Program-made: the position numbers and the translations under genes | Shown: piece after piece, positions 12,131 to 25,449 of the stretch | How the letters are laid out: every line of letters begins with the position of its first letter | Numbering within the stretch: the stretch's first letter is position 1 | The notes under the pieces: generated by a model | The model's database searches: none | The model's input: only the letters and a program-made list of their open reading frames with translations | What the model was told of the DNA's origin: nothing | Origin: Okamejei kenojei | Lineage: Eukaryota | DNA length: 64,000 nt | Assembly: GCA_035221665.1 (NCBI GenBank) | Contig: CM069134.1 | Coordinates: 89,714,001 to 89,778,000 of the forward strand | Reading direction: 5' to 3'

Positions 12131-14191
12131 GCAGTTGGTGATCAAAAGATAACTTACTTGAAGTAACCAGACCAGCTAATGAGTCATTAGTATTCTCGAT
12201 CTTTAGCCTGAATACAAAAATGAAAATGGTATTCACAATGTAGAGCTTTCTTGCAAAACACATATGGCTAACTGATTAAAATCATGCATTAGAAGTATTT
12301 TATAGTCCAGCTGTTTGAAATTCCAGTTAATATGTGCTTGACAATCTGTACTGATAAGGAGCAATTTATCCTTCATTATGTTATCCAAAGCTGTATAATG
12401 GTGCAAACAAATCTGAAAGGGTAAATTCCTGCTGTATTTGCGAACCAAGAAGTCAAGTAATTGCTTTTATTTTAAGCATATAATTGCAGTTTCTACCGTG
12501 CAAAGAAATGTATATATGTGCAAATACACAGTTCCATTAACTTTTTGGTTATTTGTTTAGTTGAAATAGAAATTAATATCATAAATAACCAGCAGGATAG
12601 ATAATTTATTCCATGCTTGAGGCATCTGAATTATGTGATGTTGAGTGGCTGCTTATAAACAGCTTTTAAGTTATGCAAGCCATTGTAGCCCCAATGTGCC
12701 CACCTACTTGCTTTGAAACTGTTTCCCACATTTTGGTATTTTTGGCAAAGCAAAAATATAAATGTGTTGCCTATGACGATTGAGAAAATCAAAAATAATG
12801 TAATGCTGCAGTGTTCAATAAGATAATGAAGAGAAAATTATTTGTAGTCCCCCAGGACCTGTCTGAATGGCACATTTTCAAAGATTTGGCGTCATGTCAC
12901 AGCCAAAATGTTGATTTGTTTTTCCTATGGTGTTTTCTAAAATCAAATCAACTCCCTATCCCTATCCATAAATTTCAGAATTCATATGAGCTTTTAAATT
13001 CTTTGTCCTCTCAGAATATATAAAAAAACTACTTCTCAAAGCAGGTGAAGCTTGAATGGGACTTTGCATTAAAAAAATCTAAATTAAGCTATAAAGTGGT
13101 AATGATGTTGTAAATTAGTCATTTGTAAACTAGTGTTGTTAAAATTACTATGAAAGCAACTTACTAACTTGACTTTTAATAAAGTAGTCAAAGTTATCTC
13201 AATAGTCACCATTGTAAGAGTCCACCATGATTTGAAAGACATTTAATGCTAAGTAACAGCTCACAATGGGCTTGAGCGTTCTGAGTAGTTAATGCATTTT
13301 AACTAGATGCTTTAAGGCCGGCTTTTACTTCAACATTTTTGTACAGATGGGGTCCAAAGTGCAATTGTACCATGAAAAGTGTTGTTTTTGTATGCTTGAG
13401 CTAACGGTACAAAAATTGCATTTTTTCCCCATTGGTAATCTTTTTAGTTATGTAAATTTGTGCAATGATGAAACCCTAAAGATGTTTTACAATTAAGCTG
13501 TTGCCCATGAAAAATTTACATTTTATTATCATATTGCACTATATCAAAAACATATTTTAATGTTAGGAATTTATAGCACAGGAGTTTGCGTTTTTGTCCA
13601 TACAGTCAAAAAAGCGCTATTTAGCTTATTTCTGCTCTTTGTCTCTGTTTGCAGCCAAGTAAGTTTGAGCTCGATATCATAAATTGGAAAGTCCTGGCCA
13701 TCAGTTTTTTTTAAAAAACATAGCTTTTTCACTCATCCTCCTATCAGCTGTAAGCTCGATCCCTTATTTATCGACCCCTGTACTAAAAGAAATGGATCCT
13801 TCCTGTTCTTAATTTTGTACTCCATATCCCTTTGTTCCAAAATAAGTTGATCCCAGCCTCATTGGATTCTACTCATTATTCTGGATTCTTGCAACATCAT
13901 CAAATCTCTTCTGCATCCTCTTTATCATCATCTCATGCTTCCTGTTTGATTGCAAAAATGTACACACGACTTGAGCTCTAGCATAATCTTTGTGTTCTCT
14001 GAAAACGTTCAGCAGCCAAGAATTTTCTTCCTCAAAATTAATCTCACTGTCAATTGATGTCATTTAAGAAAATGTAATTGTGGCCACTGCCTCTAATTTA
14101 AATTATCAATTTATTTCATTGTAAAACAAAATATATTAATGCTGAGCATGCAAATCTGCTCTAATATTTCTTCTGGCTGGGGATCTATATA

Positions 14192-16174
14192 CAGTGCCCT
14201 CCATAATGTTTGGGACAAAGACCCATCATTTATTTATTTGCCTCTGTGCTCCACAATTTAAGATTTGTAATAGAGAAAAAATCACATGTGGTTAAAGTGC
14301 ACATTGTCAGATTTTAATAAAGGCCATTTTTATACATTTTGGTTTCGCTATGTTGAAATTACACCAGTGTTTAGGCATAGTCGCCCCATTTCAGGGCACC
14401 ATAATGTTTAGGACTCAGCAATGTCATGTAAATGAAAGTAGTCATGTTTAGTATTTTGTTGCATATCCTTTGCCTGCAATGACTGCTTGAAGTCTGCGAT
14501 TCATGGTCATCACCAGTTGCTGGGTGTCTTCTCTGGTGATGCTCTGCCAGGCCTGTATTGCAGCCATCTTTAGCTTATGCTTGTTTTGGGGGCTAGTCCC
14601 CTTCAGCTTTCTCTTCAGCATATAAAAGGCATGCTCAATTGGGTTCAGATCGGGTGATTGACTTGGCCACTCAAGAGTTGACAATTTTTTAGCTTTGAAA
14701 AGTTCCTTTGTTGCTTTAGCAGTATGTTTGAGATCATTGTCTTGCTGTAGAATGAACTGCCGGCCAATGAGTTTTGAGGCATTTGTTTGAACTTGAGCAG
14801 ATAGGATGTGTCTATATACTTCAGAATTCATTATGCTACTAGCTTCAGCAGTTGTATCATAGACAATAGGTGCAGAAGTAGGCCATTTGGCCCTTTTGAG
14901 CCAGCACCGCCATTCAATGTGATCATGGCTGATCATCCCCAATCAGTACCCCATTCCTGCCTTCTCCCCATATCCCCTGACTCCGCTATTTTTAAGAGCC
15001 CTATCTAGCTCTCTTGAAGGCATCCAGAGAACCTGCCTCCACTGCCCTCTGAGGCAGAGAATTCCACAGACTCGCCACTCTCTGTGCAGAAAAGGTGTTT
15101 CCTCGTCTCCGTTCTAAAAGCCTTACTCCTTATTCTGTGGCCCCTGATTCTGGACTCCTCCAACATCGGGAACATGTTTCCTGCCTCTAGCGTGTCCAAG
15201 CCCTTAACAATCTTATATGTTTCAATGAGATACCCTCTCATCCTTCTAAACTCCAGAGTGTGCAAGCCCAGCTGCTCTATTCTCTCAGCATATGACAGTC
15301 CTGCCATCCCGGGAATTAACCTTGTAAATCTACGCTGCACTCCCTCAATAGCAAGAATGTCCTTCCTCAAATTAGGGGACCAAAACTGCACACAATACTC
15401 CAGGTGTGGTCTCACTAGGCTCTGTACAACTGCAGAAGGACATCTTCGTTCCTTTATTCGATTCCTCTTGTTTGCATCGTGCTGTGTAGCCTCTTTATTT
15501 CTGTTCATGAATTCTTCTGCGGACCGTTGTCATTGACAATTCCACACCTGATTCCTGAAGAGTGTTTCTGATCTGTCGGACAGGTGTTTGAGGATTTTTT
15601 TAAATTATGGAGAGAATTCTTCTGTCATCAGCAGTGGAGGTCTTCCTTGTCCTGCGATTAGTAAGCTCACCAGTGCTCTCTTTCTTCTTAATTATGTTCC
15701 AAACAGTTGATTTTGGTAAGCCTAAGGTTTGGCTGATGTCTCTAACATTTTTATTCTTGTTTCTCAGTCTCATAATGGCTTCTTTGACTTTCATTGGCAC
15801 AACTTTGGTCCTCGTGTTGATAAATAGCAATAAATGTTTCCAAAGGATGGAAAGACTGGAGGAAAGACTAGCTGCTGAGAACTCTCTTATACCTGCATTA
15901 AGGAGGCATTTAAACACACCCAATCAATTACAAATGCCTGTGAAGCTATGTGTCCCAAACATTATAGTGCCCTGAAATGGTGGGGACTATGTATAAACAC
16001 AGCTGTAATTTCAACATGGTGAAATCAAAATGTATAAAAATACCCTTTAATAAAATCTGACAATGTGCACTTTAACCCCATGTGATTTTTTTCTATTACA
16101 AATCTCAAATTGTGGAGTACAGAGGCAAATAAATAAATTATGGGTCTTTGTCCCAAACATTATGGAGGGCACTG
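14192..16174 (-). mobile_element. Tc1 DNA transposon copy 1 (IR/DR type), defective, with nested CR1
   Basis: TA|cagtgccctccataatgtttgggacaaagaccca … tgggtctttgtcccaaacattatggagggcactg|TA, with TIRs of about 225 bp containing inner direct repeats. Transposase pieces: HTH (VRDISQTLGLPKSTVWNII) and catalytic LQQDNDLKH…WPSQSPDLNPIE. Confidence 0.95.
14859..15445 (-). mobile_element. 5'-truncated CR1 inserted in Tc1 copy 1
   Basis: [37 protein letters not shown] followed by CR1 3'UTR. Confidence 0.9.
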
Positions 16175-17206
16175 TAATGCACACCCAGCAATATGATCCA
16201 GTTTTATTTTGCAGTTCAACCCTCGTGGCCTCATTTGATCTTTCTAGCATTTCAACTCACTGAGCTGCAGTGGTTTCCTTAACCGGTTGTGTGACTGCCC
16301 CTCCACCACTATCTCATCAACCAGGAAAGCTTTTGTTCACCTTTAAGGTGTTTGTTATTAATAGTCACAGTATCATAATTCCACACATCAATTCTTTATA
16401 TTTCCATAAGACCATAAGGTACATATCTTTCTTTTAAATATGTCCAATTACATTTCTAATATGAAAGTTTCTTTCTATTCCTCATGCAATATGAAAAATA
16501 TAAAAATGGGAACATTTGTGTTGAACTAAAAATAACACTGTTTTTACATAGTCCGTTGGACTAGGAGAGATTCCAAGCCACTTCAGACAAAAATAAATTA
16601 TTCCAAAGGAGTCATTGGTATTTGCATTTTGAGCAAAATATGCATGATTCTGCTAGATTGCTGCTGGCACTCTTACACCAGTTCTCCAAGTAGTGATCTG
16701 TAATATGAACAAATCTCTTACTGCCAAAAACACCAAGTGGAATAGTATTACTCTGTCTGTTCTGAACACAGAATTGTGCTGCTGGATATGTATCTGAAGA
16801 AAGCCCAAAATCTTTAAGATGGGATTGAGAGGCAGGAAGGCCAGCTTCAGAACTAATAAAACTTAAGCATGATCCCCCCCAAAAACACACACATGACTCG
16901 GTCTCTGGACCTCCAAACAGTTCTAGTCCCTCTGAGCAGTGCCTTCTCTTTTGAGAATCTGAAGTTCTTTGGAAAACCTGTTTGATAAATTGGGCAGAAT
17001 TTTGTGTAGCAAGTGGAGGCCACCAATGTATAGAGTGATGTTATTGGAAAGTTGCTTTCCAATATCCAAACCAAGATCCAGGCTTCAGCTCCCTGACCAT
17101 TTAATCTCATCCACCTAACCCAGATGACACACCCTTGCTGGGATTCTACAGCATTAACATCCCTGCTCAGTCCGACACCACCATAATAGGATAGGATCAG
17201 AGAACC

Positions 17207-17242
17207 TATTTATTCATTCATTCATTTATTCATTCATTCATT
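17207..17242 (+). repeat. (TTCA)n microsatellite
   Basis: tattcattcattcatttattcattcattcatt. Confidence 0.85.
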
Positions 17243-17409
17243 TGAATGAGAATTTTTGGCCCCGAGATTGGGGAAAGTAAGTGATTCCATTTATTTTTTG
17301 AAAAAAAGAATCATTCATCCAAAAGAGCATTTTAAATTAATATGTTAATCTTTGATTTATAATACTTGAAACTGAAGTAATATTGTTTTATTCTGTCTGC
17401 TTTCTGTAA

Positions 17410-18127
17410 AGACCGCTCCCTCTGTAACTCCCTGGTCAATTCTTCCCTTCCCTCCAGCACCAACCCCCTCACCGGGCACTTACCCTTGCAACCTCAAGAG
17501 ATGCTACACTTGTCGCTTTATCTCCCCCCTCATCTCCATTCAAGGACCCACGCAGTCATTCCAGGTGCAACAGAGGTTCACCTGCACCTCCTCCAACCTC
17601 ATCTATTGCATCCACTGTCAGCTGATGTCAGCTGATCTACATCGGTGAGACCAAGCGTAGGCTTGGCGATCGTTTGGCCAACACCTCCGCTCAGTCCGCA
17701 TTAACCAACCTGATCTCCCTGTGGCTCAGCACTTCAACTCCCCCTCCCATTCCGAATCCGACCTTTCTGATTCTGGTGCTCACTCTGGCCTCCTCCATGG
17801 CCAGCGTGAGCACCACTGGAAATTGGAGGAGCAGCACCTCATATTCTGCTTGGGCAGTTTGCACCCTAGCGGCATGAACATTGACTTCTCCAATTTCCGG
17901 TAGCCCTTGCTGTCTCCTCACCTTCTCAGCTTTCCCTCAGCCCTCTGGCTGCTCTTCTTCCTTTCTCCTTTCCTCTCCCCATCCCTCCCCCCCCCACCCT
18001 ACATCAGTCTGAAGAAGGGTTTTGTCCCAAAACGTTGCCTATTTCCTTCGCTCCATAGATGCTGCTGCACCCGCTGAGTTTCTCCAGCACTTTTGTCTAC
18101 CTTCAATTTCCAGCACCTGCAGTTCCT
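17410..18127 (+). mobile_element. Penelope-like element 3' fragment (GIY-YIG) with terminal repeat
   Basis: FTCTSSNLIYCI…IYIGETKRRLGDR…AQHFNSPSHSESDLS…KLEEQHLIFCLGSLHPSGMNIDFSNFR, then CTGAAGAA-gggt-tttg-tccc-AAAAC. Confidence 0.85.
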
Positions 18128-18711
18128 TTTTTTTAAAATTAAAATAAGTAAAATAAAATTTTATTTATTAGAAGTAATGTACATTACAGTGATATGCCAA
18201 AAATATACCACTTCTCGTTTAAACTTTTAGAAGAAGAAAAATAGAGAAAGTTAGATAAGATAGTAAGTGCGTGAAAGAGTGATCAGGAAAAACCCGTACA
18301 AGCGTAAAACACGAGAAAGAATTAAAAAAACAAAAGAAAAAATATCGTCTTAAAACCTAATATTGTTTTAATCTATTGTTTAAAAAAAAAATGTTTTGCC
18401 TATCAGAGATATTTTAAAGTTCTAAACCCTCACAGACTTTGACAATAAACGAAGCTCTTCCCATGACTTTTCCTCTGTCAAATGTTATCTGACCTGTGGA
18501 GGAACATTACCCATATGGCAATACTGCATGAAGCTATTTTGCTCCACAGGCAAAGCTGTGCCCCTTTGCCAGCTTTCCCAATGCGGAAAGTTGTTCTTCC
18601 ACCTCCGGCTCAGGTAGGTGCAGGTGAGTAGCAGGCCTAGTCCACTGCCACTTTACCTTTAAATGGTTTACCTTAATTTTAACATCCTATATTTTGATTT
18701 AAAAAAAACTA

Positions 18712-19690
18712 CTAGAACAGGTGAGGATCAGTTGGGCCCGTCCCCCAAGGCAATATTCCACCACTGACCCATAGCCCCCAACTTTGCAGGCACAGCTGAG
18801 GGGTTCTGTTGTGAGGCCAGAGATCCCCTTTGTGACGTGATTCATGGCAACCCACCCCCTACTGTGGCTCACCATCTTTCTTCCTAACCCTATCCTCCTC
18901 CATTCCCCCTCATCCCCAGCACTCCCTCCCCCTCCTCTTCACCCTGCCTCTTCTTTCCCTGCTCCTCCCCTCCCCACTCCTTCCAGCACCTACCCCTGCC
19001 TCTTCTTTCCACTACCATCAGTCACTCCCTCCCTCCATAACCCCTCTCCCCTCCTTACAACCGTCTATCCCCCTCCTCCCCCCCTCCTCCCCACTCTCCC
19101 TCCTCACCTCCCCCACATTTCCCTCTCCCCTCCCTACCCTCCTCTCCCTCTATCCCCTTGCTTCCCCCACTCCTCACCTCCCCCTATCCCATCCCCCACA
19201 ATGAAAATCATGATATTTTTTAAATGAAACCGTCCCCCTAACCCACCGCCCTACAATTAAAGTCATTTTTAAAAATTAAGTTCTCATTCAAAATCACATT
19301 TTTTCTTTAAAATAACCCAAACACAATGTTAGCTGTTAATGAAAATAAGAATTTGATTAAAACTAAGTTTTTTTGAAAATCTCGATTTTTTAATCTATAT
19401 AAGATTCGGGATCCAATTGTGATGTCATTGTGATGCCGAACACGGATGACAGGGGCAGGGCAAGTGGAAAAGTGGTTTGACAAGTGATTTTTGTAAAGTT
19501 TAAAATGGCAATAACTTGTAAAATATACCATCAATCTGAACGAAACTTGTTCGATTTACATCACAGGACAATGGTGAGTGAGGTGGGCCAAAAATTGTAG
19601 CACCATCGTATACCATTTTGGCAGGGTATTGGAATCTCACGCACATGCATACATAACAAACAAACAAGATGAGTTTTACTAATATTTAGA
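18712..19690 (-). mobile_element. Non-autonomous Helitron-like element with internal polypurine/polypyrimidine tract
   Basis: On the minus strand it begins A|TC at 19690 and ends CTAG|T at 18712 after a degenerate gggcccaactgatcc hairpin. Termini resemble those of 61298-62367. Confidence 0.7.
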
Positions 19691-19728
19691 TATAGCAATA
19701 TATATTAACGATTTTGACGAGGGAATTA

Positions 19729-20455
19729 TACAATTATACAATTTATTTATTGTCATTTGAACCTCGAATGTTCAAACAAAATTTGGTTTCTGCAGTCATA
19801 CAATAAGAAAAGAACCACGACACACAACCAACACAATTTACACAAACATCCATCACAGTGAATCTCCTCCTCACTGTGATGGAAGGCAAAGTCTTCTCCC
19901 TCCCCTGTGTTCTATTCTTCTCCCGATGTTAAAGCCCCCAGCGGGCGATGGCAAGTCCCGCGGCCGTTAAAGCCGCGCCGGGCGATGTAAGGCCCCGCTC
20001 CGGGTCATTTTCAACCCATCAACTCGGGCGGGAGAAGTTGCCGTTGCGGGAGCTCCGAAAAACGTTATCCCACGAGGGACCCATGAGCTCCCGATGTCAC
20101 CGTCCACCGGACCTGCGGCTGGAGCCTCCGAGCTCCGGAGTCGCGTCGCAGCTGCGGTCCACCACACACTCCATGCTCCGAAGCCGGCCAGCTCCATGAT
20201 GGTAAGTCCGCAGGCTCCGTGACTGGAGCCCCCAGGTCGTTCCGGTTGGCCCCAACGACAACTGAGATTCGACAGGTAAAAGGTCGGGTCACCCGTACAG
20301 GGAAGAGATTTAAAAGTATCCCCCGCCCCCCACATATACACAGCTAAAAACAATATAAAAAGCACAACAAACTATACATTCAACGGGACAATTTGAGAAA
20401 AAAAAGACAGACGGATTGCAGAGGCCGCTGCAACGTCAGGTCACGCCGCCTACAA
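19729..20455 (-). mobile_element. GC-rich non-autonomous retro-element (structured family, copy A) inserted in a CR1 RT fragment
   Basis: Splits CR1 sequence YINDFDEGI|KCDISK with aatta on both sides. The 3' region is homologous to 37860-38068 and 45207-45420. Confidence 0.7.
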
Positions 20456-21298
20456 AAATTAAATGTGACATCTCCAAGTTAGCGGATGATGCAAAGCTTG
20501 GTGGCAATGTGAGCTGCGATGAGGATGTTATGAGGCTGCAGGGTTACTTGGATAAGTTGGGTGAGTGGGCAGAAGCGTGACAGATGCAGTATAATGTGGA
20601 TAAATGTGAGGTTATCCACTTTGGTGGCAAGAACAGGAAGGCAGATTATTACCTGAATGGTGTCAGATTAGGAAAAGGGGAGGTGCAACGAGACCTGGGT
20701 GTGCTTGTACATCAGTCACCAAAAGCAAGCATGCAGGTACAGCAGGTGTGAAGAAAGCTAATGGCATGTTGGCCTTCATTGCGAGAGGATTTGAGTTTAG
20801 GAGCAAGGAGGTCTGACTGCAGTTGTACAGGGCCCTGGTGAGACCGCACCTGGAGTATTGGGTGCAATTTTGGTCTCCTAACTTTGGGAAGGACATTATT
20901 GCTATTGAAGGAATGCAGCGTAGGTTCACCAGTTAATTCACGGGATGGCAGGACTGACATATGATAAAAGAATGGGTCAACTGGGCTTGTAGTCACTGGA
21001 ATTTAGATGGATGAGATGGGATCTTATAGAAACATATAAAATTCTTAAAGGACTGGACAGGCTAGATGCAGGGAAAATGTTCCCGATGTTGGGGGAGTCC
21101 AGAACCAGGCGTCACAGTTTAAGAATAAGGGATAGGCCATTTAGGACTGAGATGAGGAAAAACGTATTCACCCAGAGAGTTGTGAATGTGGAATTCACAG
21201 AAGGCCGTGGAGGCCAATTCATTGGATGTTTTCATGAGAGAGTTAGATTTGGTTCTTGGGGCTAAAGGAATTGAGGGATATGGGGAAAAAGCAGGTTC
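20456..21298 (+). mobile_element. CR1 RT/C-terminal fragment (its 5' 30 bp lie at about 19697-19728)
   Basis: [20 protein letters not shown] and DLIETYKILKGLDRLDAGKMFPMLGESRTR. Confidence 0.88.
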
Positions 21299-24200
21299 CC
21301 TACTTAATAAAGATCGGACCAAAACAATTCCCAGTTTCAAATATCTTCTAAATCTTTGCAAAGTTCTGCTCAAAATAAATTTATCTTCTGACATTGATCC
21401 CATTATGCTATTATAATATAGATCCCATTGGTTTCATCTCTTCCATAGGGATCCGTTAATCATGATGCATTAATCATGAACACAAGAAAATAGGAGCAGG
21501 AGTATGCCACCAGACCCCACAAACCTGTCCTACTCAATATCATCATGACTGCACCAAGCTGACCGCTGCACCTCCTCTGTGCCAGTTTATCAAACATTTA
21601 ACCATTAAATATTTCTTATGGTCTGGGCTCCATCACTCTCCAGAAATTCAAAAGGTTCACTACCCTAAATACAGATCTGTACAGCTTCCATTTCTCTCCA
21701 TTTTTTTGGAGTTTGCATTTCACGTGCACATTTTCTAATGGTTTACATCATATATGCAATTAAATGGTTATTTTAACATCCAAAATAGACTGGTCATCAG
21801 CTTTTTTTGCAGATGCCTAGCATCTTCAGCTCTGTACCTGGCTCTCGTTATTCTCCATTATTCATTACTACTAAAAAAAAATCTCTTCATGACAGGGAGA
21901 TTGCTTAATAAGGCATGCCAGCTTGATTCTAACGATTGTGCTATATTTACATTACATATTCTGCTGCAGCTGTACCTGAAATTACCAGTGATTTAAAAAT
22001 ACTTTAATATTGATGTATAATCGATATATTTCACAAATCCAGAGCAATAAATTTGAAGTGCCTGCAAAATCCACTTTGTGTATTTTCTTTGCACAATATC
22101 TTTATTTTAAATAAACTTGATTACATTTTAATCTTCTTAAAATTCTTTGTTATCCCTCTACAGTCATCTTAACTGCTAGTTGTTACTCATGGAATGTCCT
22201 CCCACAATTTTGAAATGTAGGCAGATGCATTCCAGTTCACAAACTCCGAAGGAAGAATGCTTTATTTTTAGCTTTTGACAATTTGACCATACTGTGTCTT
22301 GAAAATCACAAAGATTACGTTGAACATGTATTTAAATATGCTGCAATGCATAGATTTTTATTTATGGATTTGTTGCACTCGGAAATGGCATAGCAAATCG
22401 TGGATTGCCTTTTTTAACCACAGTTCAAGTAAACCATTAACAAGTTCATTAATGTGTGACTTGATAATACTATCCAAATACAACTAATACAGCTTTTGAT
22501 AAACACCATAAATTGTGCATTGTTAGCCATGAGTATCCATATCTTTCAGCAATCTTATATTCAGTAGATGGCAGAGTTGTATGAGTGGCTAGGAATAAAG
22601 GAAGCATGGCATATTTGCCGCAGGATTAGGTTTAATATAGTTGATTTTCCTTTAAGCTGCTTAACCACTTATTTTTCAACTACAAAAAATCTATTTTTGG
22701 CAATGAATGTATACATTCTTTAATGGCTTCTGTGGGTTTTTCAATGCATAAAGAAGTTATTAACAATTATGGTTAAGCTGGATGAAAGAAAATCAAGAAA
22801 AAAAGTCTGTTGCTAACATTTTTGTTAGAAAATGCTTCCTGTTTTACACCGGAAGGAATAGAGAATATAGCCATAAGTAACTAAGCGGCAAATAACTTAA
22901 TCCAGTTTCTCTGGCAGTTCAACTAAAATGGAGCCATAATTAAGTTTTAAACTTAAACTCAACCTTTGAAAACAGAATTGTTTTTTTAATGCACCATCAA
23001 TGTTAATTGCAGGCTGAAATTATAGACCCACTGTGTATATCTGGAAGTACAGCATCTTTGAATGGTGATGGTTTCTAAATGAAGATTAAAAAGTTAATAG
23101 GTTTGCATTTGGTTCTGACAATTGAATTGGAACTGCTCAGGAAATTGAATTGTGAGCATTTAGTCATTTTAGGCTGTATGATAATAGTAAAAGATACCTG
23201 TTTGATAAGCTATGAAGACATTTCCCAATTGTAGAAATTTAAATACAAAATGATTCCATGTGAAAATTGATTGTCTATTGTTTATTATCTATTGATTGCA
23301 TTTTATTAAAAGTTTATTTGGACATGAGTAAAATGTATCGAATGTCACTTGCTTATTGCACTTAAAATTAGTCATACTTTAAAAGGTGTTTCACTTTAAG
23401 GATTTGTGTATTATCCCAACCCCTCAGAAAATGACTCAAACCTTGGCCTTTGTTGTGCTACACATGAATACTGTTTTCAGTCTGTCATAATTAGTTAGCA
23501 ATGCAATATTTGAAAGGTTAGGTTGACAAATTAGCATGGCAGAAAAGTACTACTAAGTACATTTAAACTATTTAAATGTTGGAAATATGCTGTCAACATT
23601 CTGCAGTCTGACAGCATTAGCCTCTGTTAATTTATAATTATGTCTAACTCAGCAACTCAAGTGATTTCATTTGTGCAGCAACTTGAATATTGCAAGCAAA
23701 ATATAGTACACATGTGTTAGGTGGCAGTTTCAAAGTTTCATATTTAGCTGTTTGTTTATTTCGTGGCTAATAAGTTTCATGTAGGTTAATACTCGGGCCA
23801 TGGCTGTGAAGCAATGAAATATTCTGATGATGTGAAAGATTAAAAAGTAAGTTTTGTTTTTTTCTTCTGGAGCTGGTAACTTTGAAAGAAATCCATAGGA
23901 AATGCAACATTTTTCGAGCAATGTTCCCAGTAAAAGTTGGTGTTCTGTTATAGACAAGTGAAGTTTGAATTGTTCAGGCACTCCCAATTAACATTTCCAG
24001 TTCTACAATTTTTAAATCAAGATTAAGTAAATTTCACAAAGAAATATGTTAAACTCAATTCACCTTCCGTTGTCCAAACATTTGAATGAAACGTTTTCTT
24101 CGAAATGTTAATCTTGAATATCTAATAAATGGCATTTTACCAGAAGTATTTATGTATATGGAATGCCACCTACTGGGCTAATAACTAAATGACATTAATG

Positions 24201-25346
24201 TGAAGATACGAACAGACTGCAAAAGTTGTAGCTTCATTACTGCATTAAAGCTCCACCCAAGTACTTTTTGCTTTGCTGATTTCTACCAACACATTTGTAG
24301 TTAATATCTGATTATGAGGTTGGAAGATTAACTTTATTTCTGCATGGTGAGTCCAGAGTTCATATGTGCCTGTACAGTACTGGAAGTTGTTCAAGCTTGG
24401 AGACTAGCGTGTCCCGAAGACATTGGCTTTCTTGCAAGCTTGGGTTTAAATTAGACCTATTTGTGCATGATGTAAATCAATATGTTGGGTACCATCATCT
24501 GCTTTTTACATCTATATGACAGTAACACAAGTTATCTGTGCTATCGTCTGTTGAGCATTGTAACATTATATATTGTGATGCCCTGAGTAAACTTTCTGAG
24601 GCTGGCTTAAAGGATGATACCACTGAAGATGATAGTTCAGATTTTGTCATCTTCCCAAACCACTTAATGTGATCAGCAAATTAAAATTTCAACAAGTCAT
24701 TTAAGATTACTGTGCTATGACTATAAAACCCTAGGTAAGGTTTCTTGTGGTTTCACAGTCATTTCTGAGGCAGCATTTTCTGGCACCATGCCCAGTCTTG
24801 GACGACGTCTTCAGCTTCTGTGATGAGTGAATGTATTACTTGTATCTGGGAACATTATAATTTGTAATGATTGGTGATGTGCTGATTTATAATAAAACAA
24901 ATCCATACAGTGGCATTTACTTTTAATTATTTTTATTGAACTTGAGTTCATTTCATGTCATGAACCCTGTGTTATGATTAAATACAACTTAATGAGTGGC
25001 AGTCATGATTTTTGCCTTGTTCAAGTACTGACTTTCATGTCTATTTAACATGATTTGCTGAAGCACCCTTTCATATTACTGTTTAGCAAACAAGGGTGAG
25101 GTAACCCTGTATAGTTCCTGGCAAATGAATTGTAGCACTTACTGTAGCTAATTTTTTTTGCGTCCACAAATGTTCCACCCCGATTAAGCATTGTTTATTT
25201 CATCCAAATCCATTCTGCTGTATCCTTCTAGTCTTATGCAAAAATAAATCATGAATCCTCAACATTGTAAAATGTTTTTTTGTATTGCGCTGCTGATAGC
25301 ATAACTATCTAAGCATGCATAATCTATGCATCAAATCCTTTGACCA

Positions 25347-25449
25347 AGGTAGACACAAAATGCTGGAGTAACTCAGCGGGACAGGCAGATTCTCTGGAGA
25401 GAAGGAATGGGTGACGTTTCAGGTTGAGACCCTTCTTCAGACTCTTGGA
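25347..25449 (-). mobile_element. Stand-alone ~100-bp Penelope-terminal-repeat element with hammerhead-like core, flanked by a 15-bp direct repeat
   Basis: caaatcctttgacca at 25332-25346 and 25450-25464. Minus strand reads agt-CTGAAGA-a-gggt-ctca-acct-GAAAC-GTC. Confidence 0.8.

Noticed and set aside
14448-14942. 164-aa ORF as an intact or novel fusion transposase
   Set aside because: The N-terminus is read-through from a CR1 3'UTR into the Tc1 C-terminus; the first catalytic Asp region is deleted in this copy.
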